Shown here one piece after another: positions 50,553-60,376 of a stretch of DNA of 64,000 nucleotides. The stretch is from Raillietiella orientalis (taxonomy: Eukaryota), in contig JAYWIR010000144.1 of assembly GCA_036172245.1 (NCBI GenBank), positions 1 through 64,000 of the forward strand, written 5' to 3'. The notes beneath the pieces are model-generated. The model was not told where the DNA came from and did no database searches. It saw only the letters and a program-made list of their open reading frames with translations. A program made the position numbers and the translations under genes. Each line of letters begins with the position of its first letter. Position 1 is the first letter of the stretch.

Positions 50553-52016
50553 TTACTGCCGGGAAGATGACGGTGAGAGGGAACCCGCCTCTTCCGACGC
50601 GGGTGAGATGACCATTAAGGTTTCAGCCTCCTCAGGCACCTTGGGTACCTTTCCTGCTTCAGGCCCCTCCATCTCCTCCGTGTCTGTGGGTGGTGGTCTC
50701 TTCGGTGACGATTCCCGGGATTCTCCCACGCTCATGGCATCCTCGCAGTCGGAAGTGATCTCCACGCCTTCGACCTGGAGAGGGACTTTCCGGGGTTTGC
50801 TGGACTTCCTTGCAGCCTTCCGGCGGGGTGCCGCGGAGATGGAAACTTGGTTTCCGGCCTGCGCTTCGGGGTCGGAAGTTACCGACTCCTCGGTGGAGGC
50901 CGGACGCCTCACTGCTTTTTTGCCAGCCTTGAAGGGTTCTGGCGGCAACGATGCAGCCAGCTCCTCCGCCGCACGCTCGAAGGCGGCGTCATCGATCACG
51001 ATCACGATGACGGACGCTTCCGCCGGTTCGTTCCCCACGCTGTTTACATTTTCAACAGTGGGTTGCTCGTCGGTAGCAGCGATTTCTACCTTGCGGCGTT
51101 CGGCGGGGACGCGTTCCACGACGATGCTGCATTCTTTTAAATTCTCGCTAACCTGCTGTTTTTTATTTTTGTAGGCGAGCTTTTTTTCAATTCGTCGTTC
51201 TTTCTTCGACTTTTTTTTCTTTTTCGCTGTGACTTCTTGCCATTCCCACACCTGATCGCTTTTGTCGATCTTTTCGGCATTGGTTGCCGGGGTGTCGGCT
51301 GAGGCCTGGACCACGGGAGTGGGTGGCACAGCTTGAGCGGCAGCCTTTGCCGCCAGTTTTTTCTGTAACAGCCGCGCGCGTTTTTTTAGGTTCCTCGCGG
51401 AAACCACGCGCACAGCGGATTGTGGACACACTTCCTTCGTGTGGCCCATTCTCACGCATACCAGGCACTGTACGTTGGGGCACCTCCTTTTGAGGTGTAC
51501 CGACGTGTTACAGAAGCCACAGTATTTTGGCTTCCTTACGTACCAGAGGTCGACGCTTTCTCCGCCGACCACCAGTTTGTGGGGAAGGGTAGAGCCCTCG
51601 CGAACAATTACACAAGCAGCCGTGAGGCCGCACTCAACTGTGGTATAGTCCTCGAAAGGACGAGGCTTGGTCCATACTGCATGGACCGTGCCTTCTTTGC
51701 CCAACGCGGCGCGTAACTGTTTATTCCGCATCCGCGCGGTAACTCTTAAAAGGTGGACCACCATAATGTGGTCCGCCGTAACGGGAAGGAGCCTGCGTGT
51801 CTCCATTACCACGGGGGTTTTATGCAGACGTTGGGCCAGATCTGCATGTTGGCAGATCACCTCTACGTACTGCCCCCCGCTACGAATGGTCATAGCGCAG
51901 AGCTCCTTCTCTTTAACATCGAAAGCGCGCATCCCCTTCGAAGAGGCGCGCGCACTCTCAGAAGAATACAAATTTCCTACCTTGTAGAATAGTGATGGGT
52001 GATACCCCTCTTCCAC
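50553..52016 (-). CDS. Retrotransposon ORF1 (RRM-like region, zinc knuckles, acidic tail); N-terminus frameshifted off
   Basis: 487-aa open frame with CGFCNTSVHLKRRC, CLVCVRMGHTKEVC and DDAAFERAAEELAASL; its stop overlaps the ORF2 ATG (TAATG). Confidence 0.85.
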   Translation of the reverse strand: MEEGYHPSLFYKVGNLYSSESARASSKGMRAFDVKEKELCAMTIRSGGQYVEVICQHADLAQRLHKTPVVMETRRLLPVTADHIMVVHLLRVTARMRNKQLRAALGKEGTVHAVWTKPRPFEDYTTVECGLTAACVIVREGSTLPHKLVVGGESVDLWYVRKPKYCGFCNTSVHLKRRCPNVQCLVCVRMGHTKEVCPQSAVRVVSARNLKKRARLLQKKLAAKAAAQAVPPTPVVQASADTPATNAEKIDKSDQVWEWQEVTAKKKKKSKKERRIEKKLAYKNKKQQVSENLKECSIVVERVPAERRKVEIAATDEQPTVENVNSVGNEPAEASVIVIVIDDAAFERAAEELAASLPPEPFKAGKKAVRRPASTEESVTSDPEAQAGNQVSISAAPRRKAARKSSKPRKVPLQVEGVEITSDCEDAMSVGESRESSPKRPPPTDTEEMEGPEAGKVPKVPEEAETLMVISPASEEAGSLSPSSSRQ

Positions 52017-52365
52017 ATTGGAAGATTATTCCGCCGCGGCTGCAGGCGATGGCGCCGACACGACGGCGCTATACGCCCGCGCTGCAGCAAGGACCGGTTT
52101 TGTGGGGGCGAACGCCCCCACCTATTTCGCCTCTGAAGGCGACGTTGCCGCCGCCTCCTGGCACTCCACCTTCTCTACAGGCTACGTTGCCGCCGCCACC
52201 TGGCACTCCATTTCTTCAGGAGGCGACGTTGCCACCGCCTCCTGACACGCACTGGTGGTCGTGTCAGGCATTGCTGCCTGATCGACCACCATCACACACG
52301 AAGCCTACACCTAGGGACGGTTCCCGGCACGAGGAGCACCGAGGAAACACGTCCGCTCTAGCCGA

Positions 52366-54519
52366 CGTAAAGCTTTCGACTGCGTCGACCAGGAGCTACT
52401 TCTGGAGCTACTGGAACGCTTGGGATTTCCGGCCGTCTTCCTGGCCTACCTGCGCTCCTGCTTGCGCTTCGCGCTTATCAATATGAATTTCAGCGGCCGG
52501 CACGTGTTCGGCGTGCCGGTTCGTCGTGGCATCCAGTAGGGTGACAGCCTAAGCCCCCTGCTCTTCAGCATTTACTTTGAGTTGGTGCTGAGAGCATACG
52601 GGGAGACTTTGGCAACCCTGCCTAGCTCGTGCCCCGGCACGCCTGCCGTGTCGGCCTATGCCGACGATCTTCTGCTCCTGCTTTCCGGGTCCACCCCGGC
52701 ATCCGCGTTCTAGGATTTCTTTGACGTGCTATACCGTGGGACAGGTTTCCAGCTAAACAGGTCGAAGTCGTCGTTGCTTCTCACCGACTCTACGAGGGCC
52801 GGACGGTCGGACTGGATCCGCTTGGGGATCCCCACGGGCAGGTACATCAAGTACCTTGGCGTTTTGTTGAGGGACTTCTGCTCTGCAGAAGCCTGGTCCG
52901 ACCGTCTACAAAAAGTGGAGCTGGCAATCGGCCCGTACCGGGACGGCAAGTTTCACTTGAAGGAACGGGCCACGGTATGGAACGCTTTCGCGGCCCCCCT
53001 CCTTCTCCCCCTACTTTTTGTGTGTCCTATCCCGTACCAAATCAGGACACGGACTAGGGGCCTTATACGGAAAGCCCTCTGGTGCAACCGGAAGCCCCGC
53101 GTCCGGCTCAAAGACTTGTGCGCTCCAGGCAGCGACGGTGGACTTGGTCTCCTGACGTTGGAGCGCATGGAGCGACAGCTCCAATTCAGAAAACTTGCCC
53201 TTGTGGCAAAGTTTTGGACAGCACCCTGGTGTGCAACGGCAAGACTCCTTGCTCACAGGGCAACCGGCGGCTTTGGATTGACTTCAATCCTGGTAGCCAA
53301 CGAACGCAGCCTGAACCATTGTGGTTATCAGCTGCGGGATTTGGTTGCCCTTCTGAGAGACAACTCTTGGATCTCCTGCATCCCAGCAGACTGGACTACC
53401 TGGATTCAGGACTCCGTTTCCGCATGGGCGAAGATCAATGGCACCAGCCATGAGGACCTCTCCTGTCTCCGCAGAGGGAGGCACGCTGGTCAACCACTGC
53501 AGGAGATCGCCCGCAGCCCACGGAAGCTTCTGTGGGCCTCCTTCTCCCCTCTTGCCCCGGTGCTGCCCTCCATCAGGGAAGTTCGGGACAGCCAGCAGGA
53601 GGCATCGTGGGGAGTGTACTGCCTCATCGGAGGCAGGAAGAAATCACTGAAGGCGTGGACGCCGAGGGAACTAGCGGACGCTAGTACCCCGAGTGTCCCG
53701 CCGAACGGACTTTTAGGCTGAGGCGCGCTGCTCGAACTATCTCCAGAGGAGGTAAAGTGGCCCCCAGCGTCATGGGACAACGGCACCCTTCCTCTGCAGT
53801 GGCAGGAGACGGGGTTGCTTCTGCTCCACTGGGCACTTTTAAGCAGAGCACGCCTGTCTCGCTGGACAACAAGAAATGTGGATGCTAGTTGTGCACAGTG
53901 CGGGGAAAGGGAGACCTTCCCTCACTTGATTCTGGAGTGTGTTGCCCTCCGCGAAATGTGGGAAAGACTCTCGTCGATCCTCAACATTTCGGAGGGTGAC
54001 CCAAAAATTTTATTCAGACGCATTCTGACGCGAGAGGGCTTGTCAGCCTCCGGGAGCGTAGCAGTACTCTGCTGCATACGCGGTATCCTGGAGAAGTGCA
54101 CCGCGTCTAGGAGAGGAAGGACCAGCCGGAATGCCATCCACTGGGCAGCGATCTCCTTGGAGAAAGCGTGCCGTTGGCGCCGACTTCAAAAACATTTGCC
54201 AGCACTTGTTCGCATCCGAAACCGGATGCTAAGGCCTGCTCACGGCGCACCGTGATCTACTCCCTCCCTTCCCCTCCCCAAAAAAACATTGCCCTCCAGG
54301 CGTTTTTCTTTTTTTTGTTTTTGTTTCCTTTCATTTTTCCCTTCCCGGTGCCAGTGAAGGAACTTATCGGCCTCCGAGTCGATAGGGACAAGTGCTACTG
54401 AACTTCTGAACTGAACGTCTGACGTCGTAAAAAGGAAAATTTTAACAACATAAACTTTATTACAAAATTTTGTAATGTTAAAATTTTAGTATTTAAAGCC
54501 CCGGCTTACCCGGATGAAA
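52366..54519 (+). mobile_element. ORF2 3' half (from RKAFDC onward) and 3' end
   Basis: Begins CGT AAA GCT TTC GAC TGC GTC GAC CAG; YADD at ~52657; ORF 52726..53721; CAQCGERETFPH; terminus GCCCCGGCTTACCCGGATGAAA. Confidence 0.9.
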
Positions 54520-57006
54520 AACCTGCGACAGGAGACGTGAGGCCCACGTCTCCCCAACCTATGGAGGTGGGGTCATGCCCCACCAGAAAATCAGCCCCCG
54601 CCACCCCGGCGAGGGCGTGAAACAAGGTGGCAGCGGCGGCTCCGCCGGACGTGGCCGCCGAAGTACAGGCATACATAAAGGAAAGCTACAACCCTGCCCT
54701 CCTTTACAAGGTAGGAAATCTTTATTCTCCGCTTACCACGCGGAAATTTGGAAACGCCATCCGTGGGATAGGAATCTCTGACGAGGAGATAATTTGCTTC
54801 TCGATTCGGAGCGGCAAGCAGTTCGCGGAGCTGATCTGCAAAGATGCAGCGCTCACACACAAACTGCTCTGAACGCCCGTTCCGTTCGAAGGGCGGAATC
54901 TCCTCCCACACACGGTGGATCACTCTTTGGTGATCCACCTCACTGGAACAACGGTGCGGATGACCGAGGAAGCCATAGGCACTGAAATCAACAAGTTCGC
55001 GGAGATCTACGCGATGTGGTCGAAGCCCAACGCCTTTACTTATCGAGGCGCATTCAGTGGGCGAGTAGCCGCACGCGTAACTCTCCGCGAAAACAAAGAA
55101 CTTCCCCACAAGCTGGAGGTCAACGACGAGCTCGTCGACCTCTGGTACGTGGGGAAGGAAAAATACTGTGGGCTGTGCAACACATTCGGGCATCTTAAAA
55201 AGAGATGCCCGGATGCCACATGCCCAACCTGCGGCGCGAAGGGCCACACTAGTGCTGTGTGCCCGAAAAATACCGCGACAACGGCTTCAGCCCCTTTAAC
55301 AAATGGGGGGAAGAGGGCAGAAAACAAAAAAACGAGCGACCAGCAGCTGACCTCAGAAGAAGTCGTGCAGAAGGAGCAGGAGCCTCAAGAGAAGACTTCT
55401 GAGCCAACTGCCGACGAGGAAAACTGGAAAGTCGTTTCAAACAAAAAAGGAAAAGAAACACACAAAAAAACAAAAACTCCAAGAAAAAATCATAATAATA
55501 CAAATCAGAACGCGAGGGTTCCCAAAAAACCCGCGGTCGGCAAACCAAAAATTTTGCCGCGCGAGTCCATAAAGGAATGCCGCGTTACAAGCGAGCGCGT
55601 TCCGTCGATCGAGCGTCGATCGGCGAACGCGACTACCGCAACCGTCGCGAACGCCGCGGAACCGCCGTAGGAATCCTGCGACAAACACGCGAGCAGCAGC
55701 GACGAGAAAAACTTCGCGAAGGCGGCAGAGGAACTAGCGGCCACCTTAATGCAGCCGCCTAAGCCTGCAAAGAAGGCCGTCAGACGTCCGGCGGAAGTTA
55801 AGGGCCCGGAAACTTCCGGGTCCGAGGCGGAATTCGGAAACCCTCCCACCGTCGCCCTTCCGAAGAGTAATGCGGGCCGGAAGTCGCGCAACCCTATGCG
55901 CGTCTCTCCCCCTCAGGCTGAGGAGGAGGAGATGCGCTCGGATAGCGAGGAGGCGATGTACACGAGGTCGCGGGATCCGTCTATCGACAGCATCCCGTCG
56001 GTCCTTCCTATCGACCTCATTCCGGATGCAGACGTTCCGGTCGTTGCCGAAACGCCACCACCGCAGATGGACAACGATCATCCGCTTCCCGAACAGGAGG
56101 CGGCAATACGCACGCCACCACCATCATTAGTATGATGCGTGGAATCGCCTCTTGCCGGCAGCTGCGTAAAGTCTGTTGGAATGTCAACGGGCTGCGTAGC
56201 GAAAGCAAGAGGCGTAGCGTGGCCGACACCCTGCGACCTTTCGACCTGGCACTTCTCCAAGAGGTGCATGCCCTCAGAGCAGAGGACGTCCAGGAAATCG
56301 AGAGGCTCACAGGGAGGAGGCTACTTTGGCGTGGTGGAGGAGACCACTCCCGTGGAGTGGCCTTCCTGCTGAAGCCGGCCGTCGCCAATGCGGTGCGCAG
56401 AGCACAGTTCGACGAGGAAGGTCGAGTAGGACAACTTGTACTCAAGTGGTCCGAATCGATCGACCTCGTAGTTACGAACGTGTACGCGCCCTGCACCACC
56501 CACAGGCGCGCAGAAGGCACTGCGTTCTTGGAAGCCCTGCGGCGAGACTGGCTGGCCGAAGCAGGCGTGCGGCGAGCGCATCTGATAGCGGGAGACTTCA
56601 AAGTCCGCCTGCTGTCGGAAGCACCCGACATAAGAGCACAATTGGTCAACCAGTTGTGTACGGCTATGCACACACGCAACTTGTTAATCGATGAAGCCGG
56701 GGTGAGAAGCAGAATCGACCACGTCTTCCTCGATAACCACTTGTGTACGCGGGTGGGGACTCGAGAAGCAATTGCGTCGAAGCTGTCCGATGACCCTCGG
56801 CTAGTAATCAACATCCATCCGCGCGACAGAGGTCCACCCTCCGAAGCGTGGCGCCTGTTCGGGGACTGGTTGCGACTCGCAGGAGCACGCGAACACCTGC
56901 GCGCATTCCTGAGTAGTTGTAAATTGCAGACTCTCGCTGACTGGGACAAAATAAAACGCTCAGTCCGAGTGTTCTGTGACCAGTTTCCCCTCCATCAACT
57001 TCCTCC
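54520..57006 (+). mobile_element. ORF1 and endonuclease, truncated
   Basis: CGLCNTFGHLKKRC, CPTCGAKGHTSAVC; ORF 56132..57040 with WNVNG, LLQEVH, AGDF, IDHVF. Confidence 0.9.
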
Positions 57007-60000
57007 AGGATCTCGCTGTGTCCTTGCAGCGTTCCCTTAAATCCGCGAAAAAGGCCTTAGAACGTCCGAAATCGATCAAGAAGTCGAAGATTCCGAACTC
57101 TGACGCAGAACCGGAAAACAGCCTGCGACATCGCGGCCTCTCGCTCGAAGGCCCTTCGCACGAAAAAGGATAACCCCAAAATTATCTCGTCCGCCAAAAA
57201 GGGAGAGATAATCGAGAGAAGCAAGCGTGCGAAGAAAGTGAAGAACTCAGGGGACTCTCCTAGAGAGGTAACCTCATGCTGCGACCCCGGAGGGAGGGAA
57301 AGGGTAGAGTCTGTGCCCCAGGTGCTTCAAGAGCTGGAGATAGCCGCGGTTTCCTTCCTCGTCCCTCCCACCTGTCCCTTGACAAGTGCTGCAACGACAC
57401 GTTCCCAGCATTAATGCCGGGAATCGCCTCTTGCCGCCGTTTGCAAATTGCCTGTTGGAACGTCAGTGGGCTAAGCGACGACGGCAAGAGACGAGACGTG
57501 GCCTCCACCCTGGCATCGTTCGACCTGGTGCTGCTGCGAGAGATCCACCTGATCTCCGCAGACCAAGCAGCGGGGATCGAGCGTATCTCGGGTGGACGGC
57601 AGCTGTGGCGTTGCAGCACCGTTAAATCTTGAGGTGTCGCGTTCCTGCTTCGTCCAGCTGTCGAGGCTGCGGCAAACGGCGTACGGTTCGATAGTGCCGG
57701 TCGCGTTGGGCATTTGACCATCAGGCTGTCCGACTCCATCGATCTGGTCATTACGAACCTGTACGCACCAAGCGGTAGCGTCGCGCTAAGGACAAAGGCA
57801 AGGAAAGATTTTTTCTTTATTCTGAGACGCGAATATCTGGACAAAGCCGGAGGGCGCAAAGCGAACCAAATCGCAGGTGACTTTAAACTTCGCCTGCTGT
57901 CAGGTGCGTCCGACACACCTAGGGACCACGTGAACAAGCTGTGCGCAGAGATGCACACGAGCAGCTTGTTCGCGGGAGATAGGGAAATGGCCGACAGCAT
58001 AGATCACGTGTTTCTTGAACAGCACCTACGCTCACCCGTGGGGAGGCGCGGCAAGTTACCGTCGGAACTGTCGGACCATGACCGGATCGTACTCGAGGTG
58101 CGCCTACGCGATAGGGGTCATCCGTCATCTGCGTGGCGCTTACCGAAGGACTGGATAAAACTCTTGAAAGCCGCGGAGCATCTTCGCCGATTCATACGAG
58201 GTTTCAGCTTGCAAATGCCTCAGGACTGGGACCGCTTCAAGCGCTGGGTCCGGTGGTTTTGCGACGAGTTTCCTATGAACCTTCTGTCTGCCTGGTTTAG
58301 TGTTGCAAACTGTGTACGCTTGGGGCATTTATTCAGAAAAAACTCTCTATAATTCGTAGTATAAGTCCCACTGTGTCCTTAGTCACGCGACCTGTCGGGA
58401 CACCGGGAAGTATCCCGGCGTGGCACTCCTCGACAGCGGAAAAAGATGGAGAAAAAAACAAAAAGCAAAATTAAAGAGATAAATAAGCAAAAAAAAAAAT
58501 TTGGAGGGCAGGAAGGTGATGATCGGACGCTGTAAGGAGGGCTCATCCGTCAAAGGGAGCCCTTGAGGTCTGTCCGCATACTTCTTAGATGGGGCCATCA
58601 AGCAGCTCTCCGCAAGAAGCGTACTGCGTGCTGGACGACTTCCCTCTGGTTCCAATCTACATCTTCGCTGCTGGCATCGCTCCAAGGCGCCACAATGCCT
58701 CGAACGCAGCACAGGACCGCGACGGCGGCTGCTGGCTGCAGGGCGTCCCGCACGAAGAGCAGGCGGAAAACGTCTCTCGATGAACTGCCCGTAGGGTGCC
58801 CGAGGGTCGTCCTCAACCTTGCCCAGAGGGGTCGGAGGGCATGACAATCCAGTATAAGGTAGAAAAGCGACTCCCGCTTCCCGAACTTGGCACACTCAGG
58901 CCTTACACTTCCCCGCGTCCAGTGGAAGCGGTGCGCGTTGCAGGGTAGACCCCAGTGCAACAGCAGGAGCCCCGTCTCTTGCCACTTTAGAGGGAGAAGC
59001 CTGGATCCGATGAGTACTGAGCACGCGGGAGGGCTCTAGGGGTCGTGGCGTCTGCCAGTTCTCCCATGGTCCAACCGCTTATCCTTTTTTCCTTTCCTGC
59101 AATTCGGCAGGAGACATGCCACTTTGGCATCCAGGCTCTGGTTGAAGCCCTCCGTAGGAAGAGCAGCGTCAAAGCTCAAGGGATGGTCTCCGCTTACGTG
59201 CTTCTGCCGGGACACTCTAGGGTGCTCCGTAGGGTGCAGCCGGCGTTGGGGCCGAATCACAAGCGGTTCCAATTTTCGGTTCGTGGGTTGTTCAGCTTGG
59301 CCTATGTCGCAACGGATTCCTCCAGCTAAGCGTAGGAGTTGGCGTGGCTGCATATCGTTTAGCCGTTTTCCCTCACCCGGTTTTGGATGCGTCCATGGAG
59401 AAGGCCGCATCTCCTGACTTTTCGGCCGAGATACAGAAGGAAAGACACGAGTCCATGCGTTCTGGATACACGGTTGTCGAGGATGCGGCCCGGAGCGCAC
59501 CAGAGGGTGTTTCATGTCTTTGCTACGATAGCGAGGGTGCGCCATCGCAGCTGTATGTCCAGGCGCTCCAACGTCAGGGGGCCAAGATCTTCGTCACGAC
59601 GCATAGTGCACATGTCCTTAACAAACTCACGAGGCCTCCCGCTGCCCCAGATGGCGATGCGGAGAAGGCCTTTTGTCCTCTTCTCCAAGTCACGGGGGAC
59701 AAGGCACACAAAGAGCAGGAAGCGAAGGAAGAAAGCAGCGAACCCGCTTCACACGGCAGTCCGTTAAGGCAGAAGAAACTTGCCTTCCAGGAACGGGCCG
59801 ATTGACAACTCTACCTTTTGGAGACGACCTGACCAGGATTCTGCGAGTCAAAAGTCCCCCAACGGGACACTCGGGTACTTCAGGTACTTGACCGTGGGGA
59901 TTCCTAAGCGAATCCAGTTAGGCCGTCCAGCCCACGTCGCACCCACCGATACCACCGACGACTTCGCCTTCTTTACCTGCAGTCCATTCTCACGGCTCAG

Positions 60001-60376
60001 CAGGTCAAAGAAATCCTCGACTGCGACTGCCGGGGCGGACATGAGCGGCCCGCTTTCTAAGGATGACGACGCGAAGGCCCCATCTGACATCCACCATACA
60101 GCAACAGCTTGCCGTCATACTCCACAGGATCACGGACAGTGATCCCAGCAGACAGTGTTCCCTTCCCGTAACTTCCCCAGTTTTCTTTATTTCTTTGTTT
60201 ACTTTTGTTTCGTTTCCCCTCCCCTCGGCTTCCGAGGTCGACCGTTCCGGTCTGCGCACTGGAAGCCTGGCAGGCTCAATGTTTCTAAGTCGTGGCTGCA
60301 CTACTGATCCAGTCACAGGTTGTATGGGTTTATTTTAGAAAATCAACGTTTCGGCGAACCGGGTTTCAATTCAATT
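57007..60376. repeat. Diverged inverted duplicate of the composite block ~19175-22600
   Basis: Same element fragments in reverse order with the same internal junctions (e.g. ORF 21605..22246+ matches 57260..58000-; 19274..19489- matches 60063..60338+). Confidence 0.88.

Larger units (their letters stand above)
41541..52365 (-). mobile_element. Near full-length two-ORF element split by the 43530-49093 insertion (pieces ~41541-43529 and 49094-52365)
   Basis: 5' motif at 52356; ORF1 50553..52016; EN from 50553; RT runs to WRPITIVNADAKLI at ~49094 and resumes AKLITKV..RLGRVANAFISPEQ at ~43529; 3' terminus at 41541. Confidence 0.88.
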
